The notes: generated by a model not told the origin, from the letters alone. Positions 1-13,343 are shown, counted from the first letter of the stretch. The stretch is DNA of 64,000 bases from Dimorphilus gyrociliatus (GCA_904063045.1 CAJFCJ010000070.1:200785-264784); one strand, 5' to 3'. Numbers and translations are program-made.

Positions 1-35
1 CAAATGATTTCTATTTTTTATAGTATTGCTCTGAT

Positions 36-3000
36 ATGACAAAAATTATTCAAACACTTTATAATACAAAGTTTCAAGATGATTATGCTCTTTTTTCAAG
101 ATATCTTTACAATTGTTATACAATTCATTATGAACAATATAAAGTAAGAAATATACTTCAAATTGAATCAAACAGCTGTAATATTTGGACAAAAGTTTTT
201 GTTTGTCATAAACTACCAAGTATGTCATTTTTACAACTTCAAATATGTCTTATGTTAAAATTTATACTTTACAGGAATTAGTAGTTATAATGAATTAATG
301 GACAATTTAGTGCAACCTCAGATTATACAATGTCCTCAAAATTCATTTTTATGTTCAAATGATCAAGTTTGTATATCAAATATCTATTTATGTGATGGAC
401 AATATGACTGCTCTCTGAAAGAAGATGAGATGAACTGTAATGAAGAGTTGATAATTCAATACTTTCATTGTCTACATTCCACAATGCAAATACAATATCA
501 GTTTGTGTGCGATTTTATTAAAGATTGTCCTGATGGTTCAGATGAAATGCTTTGTGGTTTGTTTAGTTTGCAATTATTTTAATCAATAGTATATTCTCTC
601 TTTCTAATTGACAGAAAATAAAGAATGTGCAGAAAATTTCCAGTAATATATCATACATCTTTTTGAATTAAAAATAGTTTTCTTTACATTTTAAACAGAT
701 ACTGTTTAAATCATCAATGCATATCTAAACACCAATTCCATAATGATGAAAGAAACTGTTATGATGGGAGTGATGAAAACTTCTTCTATATTCAAGAAAA
801 CCAGAACAGATTCCAAACTGGTATAAACAAAACAGAGAAAGATAGATACTAAAAATTAAAATCAACTTCAAATAGCTCATTTTAAATTTTTCACAGTGCC
901 TCCAAAAACTTGTAATAATAAAATACTTCCCAAAAATTTCATTTGTGATTTTAGAGTAGACTGTATAAATGAAATTGATGAAACACCACAAAATTGTTAT
1001 CAACCCTGGCATGACCCTATAAAACAGTGTTTTTACAACATACCAAGTTGTTGAAAATGATCACAATTTTTTGACTTTTCACTAATCTTAATTAACATCT
1101 ACTTTATGATCAACATATAAATCCAAAATGATCATTTTCAACAGTTACCGAAAATTGTCATTTAAAATATGACTCTTTGGGTAATATGCGAACAAGGCCA
1201 CATTTTCCATTTCATAATCTATTCATGTGTAATTTATCATTTTGTAATGAGGGTGAATATCTGTGTTATTTGGAAAGGTTTTGCATATCAATTCAACAAT
1301 TTTGTGATGGAATCAATCATTGTTTCCATGGTGATGATGAAATTTATTGTGGTAAGCAATCAACAAACAGTTTTCACTTAAGGACAAGTTTGACTACACA
1401 AAATATATGAAAAACAGATGAATTCAAACCCAAAGGATTTTTTAAATGTAAAAATGAAAAGCATTATATTTTAATGGAAAAAGTTTGCAATGGCATCATA
1501 GATTGTTTACATGGCAGTGATGAGCTGTTATGTTTGCAACCAAAGGTTTACAATGAACTATGTAATAACAACATGACATACAGTCTTGTTTGCGAAAACA
1601 AACAACAATCAAATGAAATATGTGAACTGACAATTTTAGATGAACAAATCAAATCGTTAATCATTTTTGGAGATTTTCACATTAATTTGAAAAAACAACT
1701 ATTTTCTCTGACATTAATCAACATTCAGAATACAAAACAGAGGTTTTTTAAAATCAATTACTTCCCTAACATTGTAATTATCATTCTGAAGAATACAAGC
1801 CTTTTGAGTTGGACTACTCTGAGTGACAAGACTTCATCAAAGTTAATTCAGTACATTGATATTTCCTATAATCCAATAAGACACATTCACTTTTTAACAA
1901 AATTCAACAATAATTTGCTGAGATTTCTAGACATTTCTCACACAAAAATTACTCATTTGCATTCAAACAATTCAATTCAATTGAAAAATCTACAGATTTT
2001 TAAAGTGTCAGGAAATAAATTACAAGATATTGAAAGAAACTTCTTTGTACACTTGACAGAATTGAAAGAGTTGCATATGAATTCAACAGACTTTCCACTT
2101 GATCAGGGAAAATTTATTGTACATAAATTGCAACATATTGAAAAAGTCTTTAGCATCAGTTTCAATCTATGCTGTTTGGCTTGGGCTTATGTTAAGAAAA
2201 ATATATCCTGTCTGCCACAGCCTTTACGCTTTCAAACATGTTCCAATCTTTTGGGAACAAATCTTTTGAAATTTCTCTTTTGGATTTATGGCATTGGTGG
2301 ATTCTTGGGAAATTTCTTGGCAATAACTGTTTTGCATATCTATGAAAGACAAAAGTTGGCCTACCAATCAACACTGATTGTTGGAGACTTTTTCATTTGT
2401 CTCTATATTCTCACCATTGCAATAACTGATGGCTACTATGGAGACAATTACCTTGATGATGACATCAACTGGAGATACGGCTTGATTTGTAAATATTTAG
2501 GAAGTCTAATGACTTTTGCAATTATATTGTCATCAAGTAGTCTTGTTTTATTGACACTTGAGAGAGTTTTGGTATTAAATAATATCATAAAAGACTCAAT
2601 CATTTTGGTGAAAAAGAAATTTTGGATTATATTAATAAATTTTATTGTGTCATTTGTATTGGGATATTCACCAGCTATTTTTTATCCAGTAAAAGGAATC
2701 TTTTTCAAATGACACTACTAATGGAATCTTTTTTCAGAATTTCTTTTCAAAAACACCAATTTGCTTCAATATTTATATTAAAAGAGATTCATCAAATCAA
2801 TGGTTTTTTTCATTTTTCTTTTTTGGAATATTGCTTTTATTACATATTATAGTAATAATAATTTTTATTTTTGATGAATTTTCAACAAAAAAAAAACTGA
2901 AGAAAAATTTCAAAAGCTGTAATTCTTTGCCCATTTCTTCAAAGATGGCTTTTGTAAATATTGTATTTTGGATACCATTGTCTTCTTTTTGTCTATTAAC

Positions 3001-3130
3001 AACATATCTTAACTTTAATGTAAACATAAATTTGCATTCTTTATTAATAATTTTACTTGTAGCATTTAATGCTATTATCCACTCATTAATATTTCTTATT
3101 GATTCATTCAATAAACACATGATATATTTA
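36..3130 (+). CDS. GRL101-like LDLa-LRR-7TM G-protein-coupled receptor (multi-exon; exon boundaries approximate)
   Basis: Repeated LDLa motifs (CDGQYDCSLKEDE, CDFIKDCPDGSDE, CDGINHCFHGDDE, CNGIIDCLHGSDE). LRRs (LQIFKVSGNKLQDI). Hinge LCCLAW...CLPQP...TCSNLL. TM1-3 typical of LGR/relaxin-family receptors (WRYGLICKYLG...LLTLERV). Later TMs lie in 2720-3130 after an apparent intron. Confidence 0.85.
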
Positions 3131-4039
3131 AAAGAAACTGCTAGAAAACAGAGGTTTGGTGTTTTTCCTTTTTTTTTCAATTTTATAAAAGTGGTTTTAA
3201 ATATTTTGAAAATTTTACACAGTCAATTAGAATTGGAGTTGAATTTTAAAAAATTTATTAGAGATGGTAAGCCAATTGTTTTAATGTTCTTTTGTCAGTT
3301 TTGTTTATTTTTTTACAATCAGTCATAGAATTTTATAACAATGCCTTTTCAAATCATATCACTTGCAATTTCAACTATAGTTTATTCGAAACTTTTGATG
3401 AGAAGAAATATAATTTTGATTGTTTAAAAATCTTTAAACTTTCTAAAAGTGTTATCAAGTCAATAGAGCTTTTATTTAAAAGTTCCATTTGCTTTGCAGA
3501 TCAAATTTATATTAAAAACATAAAGATTAATGTAATAAATTATTATACTTTTTATAAATTCAAGTGTGTTTTTGTTTGGTTTTTTTAATTTCAGTGCTTG
3601 TTCTACTTTTAGACAAAAGCAAAGAATTATGTTGTAATTATAGAAAATCTAAGAAATTTCTCTGTTGAAGATTCTCAAAAGAACATTTTTCAATATGGAT
3701 TATTTTTAAGGGAATTGCTTGAAAATATTAAAAAACATATATAAATAAGAAATATATGTTATGTTTACAAAAATTTTTGTGTTTGCTTATCTATAAAATG
3801 AGGTCTTGTGTAATGTTTTATTTTTAAAAATTAAATCAAAAACAGTTATGTTTAAAATCGAAACTAGATCTGTTAAACTTAAGATCATTCATGATTCAAT
3901 ATATATTATTAGCTATATTCTGAAAGAGATATTGATATTTAGACTTTAGATATAAATGAACTTTAGAATAACTTCTATTTCGTGGCAATTATAATGGTCC
4001 AACTTTATAAACTCTTTCATTTCGTAGAATAAGATTCTA

Positions 4040-4651
4040 GAACTTTAGAAAGAACTCTATTTTGTAGGAAATAGATTGTTTGCCCATAGAAGATGGAGCC
4101 ACTATGCAATTAACAAAGGAACAAAGAATATAGAAAAGATGCATGTGAAATTTGTTACATCTTAGGCAATACCAGATGCTACTGAAGAAGGCCTGTGTTG
4201 CAGTGGCACATGTTGGCCATATGGTGTTCATCTCATCATTGTATTCTATATGTGTGATATAATAGTTTTTCATATTTTTGTTACTTGTGGATTATGAGAC
4301 TGCTATATTTTTCCCTCCTAATCCTTTGACCAATTGAACCCAAGCTTTGGGAAATGTATAAGAGGAAATACATTTCCCCAGCTTGTCAGTTCAGTTCTTT
4401 AACTGTTAGCTAGCTGTTTAAACTTACTTATTTAGAACTAGAAACTCATTCACTGAATGCATAACCTTTGGACGAAATACTGGTGTTTTGTTGTTTAATT
4501 TCTACCAAAATTACATTTGTTGATACTGATTGTGGACGAACTTAAATGGTTCTATAGAACCAGTACTTTGGTCAGTTCATCAATCAGTCAAAATGATGAA
4601 TATTGCTCTGAAGAAGCAGAAATTCCTACAATTACAATACAGCAAAGTACA
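4040..4651 (+). repeat. Diverged LTR of Gypsy family A (variant U3)
   Basis: From 4153 (TGTTACATCTTAGGC) to ...CAAAGTACA at 4651 it aligns by eye with the solo LTR at 22185-22728. Upstream similarity to the 46433-46970 copy. Confidence 0.7.
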
Positions 4652-4659
4652 AGAAGAAA

Positions 4660-5990
4660 AGAAGTGTGGTCAAGACAAAATGAAAATTTATTTCTCAAAT
4701 GCAATTTGGAACACAAAAGGAAAAATAATTTAGAAGTGGATATTAAAGTGAAAACAGATTTGAAAATTGTTTGCAAAAGTGATAATAAAACATCTGGAAG
4801 AAGCATTGCTGAAAAAGTTCTTCTATCCTATGAACCCAATGCAACTTGTCTTCCTGATATCAACTATTTGAAGAGAATGGCAAACTCAAATAGACAAAAG
4901 TTTAGGCCAGTGGAACCTAAAGTGTACAACTTTAATTTAGATGAAACATTTTTGCCTGATGAATTTTTGCAGAAAGATATTTGTGAAAATGGAGAAAGAA
5001 TTTTAATCTTTGCAACAAACCATCAGCTGAATTTATTATCAAAATCCAACTGTTGGTACATTGATGGTACTTTCAAGATTGTAAAAGAACCATTTTATCA
5101 ACTTGTCACTATTCACTCATTTGTTAAGAAGAGTGGTGATATGAAGCAAGTTCCTCTTGTTTTTATTTTTCTGACTTCAAAGCATACCAAAGCATACTTA
5201 CAAGCATTTCAAGTAAATATTTCATATTATCTCTTCAAAAGTGATGATAAATAAAGTTGCTTTTTTGTAGCATATCAACAATCTTATCAATGATTTTCAT
5301 CCAAAAAGAATTACAATGGATTTTGAAAAAGGACTATGGAAAGCATTATCAAAAGTATATCCCCTCACTGAATTTCAAGGTTGTGTATTTCATTTCACAC
5401 AAGCAGTATACAGGAAAATACAAGTCAGTTACATTCAAATATATATAACATTATCTATTAAATAACTTATATTATTGAGTAGGCTCTTGGCTATGTAAAG
5501 AAATACAAAGAAAAAGGAAATGATTGGAAAGATTTCAGAAAATTGATGGCTCTGCCATTCTTGCCAGCACATATTATTCAACCAACATTTGACAGCATAA
5601 ATGCAGAACTTTGTGAAAAAAATAGATTTTTGGACCTGCTGCAATACTTCCAAACAAACTGGATCAAAAATAAATTATGGAAACCAAATAACTGGTCAGT
5701 TTTTGGTTTGTCTATTAGGACCAATAATGATTGTGAAGGATGGCATCAAAGAATGAATAGTAAGCTGCCTGCTAAAGGTTCTTTTTACATGCTGGTTGAT
5801 GAGCTAAAAAAAGAGTCTGAGTTGATTGCAGTTTATGAGAAATTACTGTCAGAAAAAAGGATTTACAAACATCAATTCGCACCCCAACTCTAGAAAATCT
5901 TATATCAAAGATTTTTTTGAAATTCAAAAACAATATATGACAAGAAATGAGAAAAATTTCGATTTAGCTCTATTCAAACTGATGAAAATC
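4660..5990 (+). mobile_element. MULE/Mutator DDE transposase, 5'-truncated, with introns
   Basis: Motifs WYIDGTFKIVKEPFYQL, MDFEKG, GCVFHFTQAVYRKIQ, LMALPFLP and RTNNDCEGWH, spread over spliced exons. Confidence 0.85.
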
Positions 5991-6523
5991 AATTATACCC
6001 TGCTTAGTTTGGCAATAATGGAACTTTAACTTGAACTTTAATGCTAAGCCAGAAGATTATGCAGAAATGAACAGACTTATTGGGGAAGTTAACAAAAAAC
6101 AATTTCATTTCTTCTCACAAGTTCAAATTCATTAGATGGTGGAAATTTTTAAAACAAAATGCTTGAGCAAGGTCAAATAAGCAACTGATGACTTTTTCCT
6201 ATCATGACATTTTCTGTCACTTCCCAATACATAATCTATTTGGAATCTACTGGTGCTTGAAAGCATTTCAAAATATATTATGATCAAATATTATAATGAA
6301 CAGGGGAAGAATTGAACAAACAAATGATCATAGCCAAATAGAAATGATAAAACTCAGTAGAGGATATGATTTAAAAAGTTTTACCATTGGGGAGCTCTAA
6401 TTATTTGAAATTTTTCAATTGTTGTAAACAATAAACTCAGGATAGACAATTGAATTGAAAAACTGCAAAACTACCAAATATTTCTCTATTTGTAATCATT
6501 TGGTACAATATACATTATATATT

Positions 6524-7476
6524 TGTACTTTGTTGTATTGTAATTGTAGGAAGTCCTAGCTCCTCACTATCAAATTCGTCCTCTCCAATCATTTACCAAT
6601 GTGCCAAAGTACTGGTCCAAATGGAACCTTTCAAGTTCGTCCACAAGTAGTCTTAATAAATGTAATTCCAGTAAAAATTAACCAACAAACACCAGTATTT
6701 CATTCAAAGAATATGTATTTGAGTAAATGAGTTTCTAGTTCTAAACAAGCAAGTTTGAACAACCAGCTGATGGTTAGAAAACTGAACTGACTACTGTTAA
6801 ATTTGTAGGGTTTATATACTTTTCCAATAGTTCACAGTTCACAGATAAAAATATTCACACAAACAAATGTAACAATTTGGATAAAGGGAAAGTTCAAATA
6901 TACTTCCATGTTTGTTACTTTTTCTTTATCTTGGAGAACTTTTGCTCCCTATTTTAGTAGGTCAGAAAGTTGCCTAAGATGTAACAATTATTAATAGAAG
7001 TTGGATTGATTCCAAAACACAAAAATAGGAAAAGGTCAACTTGATGCCATTTTAATATACAACAAATTATTAATAATAATTGTTTGTGTAAGATAATATG
7101 TTTCTGTGTAAAGGACTGGTAGGATAAAAGTATTAAACTTAATCATTCAATATAGTATTGTGCATACAATACTGTTCAAAAGTGACAATAATCTAAAAGC
7201 TCCAAATATAAATAGAATAGTGGAAGATATAATTAATATTCATTAAATATGATGTGTATAATAATTTGGGTTAACATCTAAGTTGTAAAATACTTTTACA
7301 ACTTAGTTTAAATAGTGTATGTTGTAGTTTTAGGTGTGTAGAGTACTCTATAATACTCTTTCAATATTGCTTTCCATTGATGAATGAAATGTAACAATTT
7401 GGGTGTATTGTGTGAATTTGTGAGCCTGGTTACGAGCTTATGTGTTTAGTACTTACAAACTGCCTAAATGTGTACA
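6524..7476 (-). repeat. 3' LTR of family A carrying a 410-bp insert (6990-7399)
   Basis: TGTACA...GTACA termini. Colinear with the solo LTR at 22185-22728 except for an insert bounded by the 11-bp direct repeat ATGTAACAATT (6979-6989, 7389-7399). Confidence 0.85.
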
Positions 7477-7490
7477 AACATCCCACTCCT

Positions 7491-10400
7491 TTAAGACCTT
7501 GCTTCCATGAAAGGTCTTGGGCTTGAAACAATCAGTGTGTCACCATCCTTTTTGAATGTTGGATAAGTTTGTAGTGGTATTTCTTCTGGTTCAGCTGTTG
7601 GGGCTGTAGGTAACTTTTCTTTTCTAGCTAAAAGCTTAGCTAGCTTGGTGAAGTGTACTCTTTTCCAGTCTTTCTTCCAAAGAAACCAAATCAGAATCCC
7701 AATTCCAATGATTATTGTTATTGGAAGAAGTATGTTGATGAGTGTTTTGTAAGGTGTCCTGGCCCATGATGAGAATATATGTTCAGTTTTAGACAAAGCA
7801 GCATCAATGCCCAAATCATTAGCAAAGTTTAAGTGCTCTTTATGTCTTGTTAAAGTGTCTTGAATGTATTCTAAAACTTGTTGAACTTGTTGTTGCTTCT
7901 TACCAACATCCTCTTTTATACCAAGCTGTATTAACTCAGTAAGTCTAGCAACCTCTAATTTTGGTTCTTCAATTTCATTGCTTATTTTCATTCTGATTGA
8001 TTGTGCTGCTGCAGTTTGAAATCTGCATCCTTTCTTTGTGTAATAGATGAATGTTTTCTTTCCAGAATACATTGCATGTTGATTGTGTTCAATGTCCAGT
8101 GGGTTTTTCTTAATTTTGAACAGGTGTTGTGTTTGGTCACAACCTCCATATCTTATATCTTCTTTTGTTATGTGGTAAGCATGATGGAGTATTGGATCAA
8201 CTGAGAATAAGAGATCTTTATACTTGATGAGAAATTCTTTGGAGCATAATCCACTTTTGGTGATAATTGTTGTATCACACACTACTTGAACTGATTTTAA
8301 TTCTGTACAAGTATTTAAGGTTGTTAGATCACCAAGCCATGTACTGTGCATTCCATGCTTAGATCCAAGTATTGTTGGTAGTTGAGGTGCCAATGGTGTG
8401 AGTAATGCTACCATCTTGTTTCTCATAATGAATTCTTTGCATAGAAGTTGTGATACTTGTTTGAAAACTGTTTGTAAATTTTGGAAATTTTTATCAATGT
8501 TATTTAATAAAGCAGATGTTCAAATAGCATCTGCTATGTCTATTTTGTGAAATTTTGGCATCTGTATGCTTTCTGATACTCTTCTCCTCCATTCATGCTT
8601 CTTTGGTGTTCTTTGCAAAAGTGTAAATTTTCCATTTGCTTGATGTGTTTGAAATTGTTTATCTTTTGGACTTTGGTACCAAGTGTCCAGTCTTGGTAAG
8701 GGATTGAAACTAATTTTCTTCTTGTTGAGTTCAAAATCTTCTGCTTTTGCCATTCTATCAGGTTCCATTTTGGTTGTTTTCAACATTTTGAGTATGTATT
8801 TGTTGTTAATATCCCATATATCAGGTGAGATTATTTCTCTGACCATCCAGGTCCTAACCAGTGGTGTTACATGATTTTTGATCAGCATATGATAAGTCTT
8901 GTCACCATCTCTATACCAATCATTATAGGTTAGTATATTTTGTATTTCTGTATTATTTGCTTTTCTCAAAGTTGATATCTTTCCATCATAATTCTGCAAT
9001 CTTGCAACTTCTTTGTTTGAAATGATTTTATATTTGATATCTGCCATCATTCTGTTATCAGCATAATTTGAATTTGTAAGATCAGTTCTTAATAAGTCGT
9101 ATTCCTTCTGGGGTACTAAAATTCTTGTTCCAGGACCACCATATCCTTTGATATATCTATCTTGATAAGGTAAATCCATTATTGCATAGTTGGGACATGA
9201 AAAATATCCTCCAAGCTTAATGCACTCTACATTGTAGGATACTGCTTTCCATGGGGATTCATGACCAAGGAGATTTTGTCCTTTCTGAGGATTGAAAATG
9301 ATAATGGAATCCAGAGTTCTACAAAATTTATGTTTGATAGAACAGTCCTCTAAATATTCCAAGTTGGTTGTTATCTTATCCTGACTTGGGTGCCAATAAG
9401 CTTTGCCAATTTGGAGAATTGTTGTAAATTCTTCAACCACTGTTGTTCTTGGCCATTTGTAGTTTGATCCTTTGTTTTCATTGTACATTAGAAGGTTTCC
9501 TTTTTCAATGAGTTTTTGTCCATTTAAGGTCTTTTTTGACAATAACATTTTTCTGCATTGTTTGTCACTTAAGGTAAGTGTTTGTTTTTCAACTCTGTGT
9601 TTCTTTGCTCCAAAGAAGTAATGAGTGTAAAAGTTGATTCTTCTCTTTACCAAACACTTAACAGCTTGTATTGCCAAATTATCAGCTTTAATTTCATAAA
9701 TATTTGCCATTATTTTGGTCATTTGTTTAGTTTTGAATGTGCAAATTGGTTCATCAGCCAGATCAAATGACTGATGTACTTGTTGCCCTTGACAGAATTG
9801 TACTGAAGGAAGCATTCTCACAGTTATGTTTGCTTTTGTTATTGATACATTTCCCTGAACCAAGTTTAATAAGCATAGCGCTAGCAGAGTGTAAACAATG
9901 GATCCTCTTATAGGAAGTGTTCCAACTTTCCTTTCTTGTTTCTCTACCTTGAGTGTGTTAACTCTAGTTGGTTGTTTGTTAGCCAATCTTAGTCTACTAG
10001 CATGGTAGAATTTTCTTTTGCCATTTAATATTTTCAATTCATAAAGACATTTTGTAGTATCAGTAGCAGTTACAATGTATGGTCCACTCCATTTGCTTGT
10101 ATTTATTCTATTCATTCCTTGACCAATGTGTTCATTTTTTATGTGTACCCATTCACCAATTTGGTAAGTTGGGGGTTTTCTTGTGATAGTTTTGTTTACT
10201 CTATCTCTATATGCCTTCTTTTTCATGACAGATTTGCACAATGCAGTTGCTCTTATTTCTTCCATATCATGCTTTCTATCAAATAGAAATTTTGTTGTTG
10301 GTTCTAATCTTGGAACTTCCATTAACAAATCTAAGACATTCCTATTCTTCAATCCAAATAATATTTCATGTGGAGTTTTGCCTGTGCTTCCCACTGGAAT

Positions 10401-11966
10401 TTGGTTTAAGCATGTTTGAATTATTGGTAATTGTCTTGTCCAATCTGTTAATTGTTCCATAACTACATGTTTATGTAGTGCTCTGCGAATTTCCAAATTC
10501 TTTCTTTCTACCATTCCATTACTTTGGCTATGGAATGCTGTTGTTTTTATTTTCCTTATTCCCATTGATGTAACCATCTCTGTAAATATTTCCCCCAGAA
10601 AATTCCGTCCTTGGTCTGTGAGAATTTCTTCTGGAATACCAAATATTGGAAAGTAGTTAAAAAACAAGTGTTTTGATATTTCTTCAGCTGTCTGAGTTTT
10701 TAATGGAAATAGATTTGTAAATCTTGACATGTGATCTATAATGACAAGTATGTATTTGTAAGATTCATGTCCTGTTAGTGGTCCCATTATGTCCATTGCA
10801 ATTCTTTGCATTGGTAGAGTTGGATGGGGTGTTTCAACCAATAGATGTTTGTTTCCAGGTGCTCTTAATTGTTCACAGAATTTGCAATTGTTTATATGGT
10901 CTTTAATTGTTTTCTTAAGTTGTGGATGCCAGAAAGCTTGTTCCAAAGTATGAATTGTTATGTCTACACCATAGTGTTCAAATATTTGATGTTGATGTAT
11001 TTGGTTCAGTAGGTTTGTTAAAGTTAGTAGTGGAATTACCAGTAATGGTTGACAACCATTCAGATACCATACTAAATCATCTTTGACAAACATATGTTCA
11101 ATAAAATTTTTGTATTCCTTGAACATTTCAACATCAATATTTGCTCCTTCCAATTTTTCTACAATTTTCATTAGCGTGTCATCCAAAACTTGTTCAGTGT
11201 AGAAGTTTATCTCAACAGGTTTATTTTTTAATTTCATGACCTGTAATTTTTTGTCATCTGCTTCTTCATCATAACCATCATTATTGTCTAAAATGTCATC
11301 CAAACAATCAGCTAAGTCTTCTAAATCTTCTGTATCAATATAAAAGCATTTAAGCATATCCTTTCTTTCTGCTAATTGTGGAATTGTATTGCCATTTTGT
11401 TTTTCTTCATTTAGTCTTTCCTTTAGTAAATTTCGGAAATCAATAACTTCATCAGTTTCTCCAATTCTGGATATCCAGTCTGCTCTGTTGGTTCTTCCAG
11501 GTATGTAAATTATTTCAAAGTCCATATCCATAAGTGCCATAACCCATTTAACAGTACTTGAATTTAATTTGTTTTGTACAAATGTTTGTACCAAATTTTG
11601 GTGATCAGTGTAAAGAAAAAATTTCTTATACTGCAAGTAATGGGAGAATTTTTGTACTGCCCAATAGACTGCAAAAGCTTCTTTTTGATAAGCTGCATAC
11701 CTTAGTTGTGTATTGATTAGGAGTTTTGAAGCAAAAGAAATTGGCTTTCTTATTTTCTTTCCATCTTCTTCCCATTCTTGTTCTAAAACTGCACCAACTG
11801 CATAATTGGAGGCATCTGTTGTTAGATAGAATGGTTTACTAAAATCAGGTAGTTGAAGTATTGGTGGTTCTGTCATTGATTTCTTTAGTGTCTGATACGC
11901 TTTCTCTGCTTCTGTAGTCCATTTTAGTCTTTCAGTCTTCTGATGTAGTTTTAATAATTCTCTCAA
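7491..11966 (-). pseudogene. pol(RNaseH-IN)-env polyprotein of family A, interrupted by one in-frame TGA at 8520-8522
   Basis: ORFs 8520..11966 and 7491..8426 are in the same frame. The intervening codons (TSALLNNIDKNFQNL...LLCKEF) align with family B env (QTSTLLHGIDSNFKNL...LLCNQF). Confidence 0.85.
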
Positions 11967-12298
11967 TGGTTTTGTAATTTTTGCAAAGTCCTTGATAAAT
12001 CATCTATAATAACCACAAAATGCAACAAAACTTAGTAAAGTATTTGCAAACATTGGTAATTCAGCATCTTTTATCTTTTGAATCTTTTCTGGATCAGTTT
12101 CAATACCTTTCTGTGTAATTCTATGACCAAGAAATTGTACTGATTCTTGTAGAAATGCACATTTGCTTAACTTGATTCTGAAGTCCTTTTCTTTGATTCT
12201 TTCCATCAGTTTCTGTAGACTTGTGTAGTGTTCCTCCAATGTTTTGGTAAAAACAATAATATCATCCATATAGTTAATACAGAAATTTTCCAATCCAT

Positions 12299-12500
12299 TT
12301 ATGACAAAATTTGCCATAATATAGCCTCAATATAAGTAACAAGATCCTCCAATTTCTGGATTGCTTTCATATGTTGCTTTATTTTATGAAATTCATTTGG
12401 AATAACATCAGCAGGTAAGAATGGTAATGCCAATAGCTTTTTCATTTCAGTCCATTGTCCAGTATGGCTTTTATATTCAGCAGAATAACCCAATTCCTAC
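12299..12500 (-). mobile_element. MULE transposase fragment abutting the broken end of Gypsy A
   Basis: GQWTEMKKLLALPFLP matches GQWFEMRQLMALPFLP of the MULE at 29929-30443. Confidence 0.75.
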
Positions 12501-12648
12501 AAAATCCAAAAGAAAATTAATTTTTTAAGAAAATATTAAACACAAAAAAATTATGTACTTGAATCTTTCTGAAAACTGTCATTTATTCAATTGATGGAAA
12601 GATAGTAAGAAATGTAGAATTATTTCATATTTTTATCTGTAATACTAC

Positions 12649-13283
12649 TGTACAACTTTGGTTATATTTTACATGCTTGAACTCTATTATTTTATGCAAC
12701 ATATACATGTACATCTTAAAACCTACGCAAGAAAATGCTATAACATTGGCCAAACATAAGTCTGATTAGTCAGCTTGAAGGTTCATCTTTAATTACCAAT
12801 AAAGGTTTGGCCAAGTTATAATTTAATTAACTTGCCTAGGGTGTGGCCAAGTTATAATTCAATTAACCTTCCTAAATGTTGAACCTTGTAACATCCTGTT
12901 ACTAAAGATAAATATGAACTACACATTTTGGCAACTGTAAAGTGATGATTGGATGTCAGAGACAAACCTCAAAGTATATAAATCCTCATTATTCTCATTT
13001 GGCATGCAGCTTCCATCTGGACCCAAGGACCTGGGAAAATCATCTGGAAACAACCTCCACTGGAACCATCCATCTACTCCTCAACATTGGAAGACAGTTT
13101 GGTAATTTGGCAACCTGCTATTACAAACTATCTACTCTGCTATTGAACTCTCATATTGTTACTTGCTTAAGTATTATTATTGTGAATAAACCATTTTAAT
13201 TTAAACATTTGTTTAAAGGTTCGAGTAGAACCAGTATTGTTATAACTTGCAAACGCATAGATTTTGCCAGCAAGAGCAGTACA
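12649..13283 (+). repeat. 5' LTR of family B
   Basis: TGTAC...GTACA termini. About 6 differences by eye from the copy at 21378-22012. Confidence 0.95.
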
Positions 13284-13287
13284 AATT

Positions 13288-13305
13288 TGGCGCAGTCGAC
13301 AGGAT
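13288..13305 (+). promoter_or_regulatory. Primer-binding site, tRNA-Ser-like
   Basis: TGGCGCAGTCGACAGGAT, 4 nt after the LTR. Resembles the tRNA-Ser PBS (TGGCGCAGTCGGTAGGAT) of 17.6/ZAM-type elements. Confidence 0.75.
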
Positions 13306-13343
13306 ATTCTTTTGGTTTATTCAAAAGTTTTGAGAAAGTAAAT

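Larger units (their letters stand above)
6524..12317 (-). mobile_element. Ty3/Gypsy LTR retrotransposon family A, 5'-truncated: RT fragment, RNase H, integrase, in-frame env, PPT, 3' LTR
   Basis: YMDDII RT (12000-12317). RNase H TTDASNYAVGAVL. Integrase H-H-C-C, IAMDIMGPL, TDQG and GMVERKN. Env-like C-terminus with a TM helix. PPT AAAGGAGTGGGATG precedes the LTR start TGTACA at 7476. Confidence 0.92.

Noticed and set aside
8520-8522. TGA in Gypsy A env as a programmed readthrough codon
   Set aside because: The context UGA-ACA is not a typical readthrough signal and family B has a sense codon here. A nonsense mutation is more likely.
12942-13199. 85-aa ORF repeated at 21671 and 50559; also the 97-aa ORF at 23508/26033
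   Set aside because: They recur only because they lie in LTRs or palindrome arms. No protein-like features.
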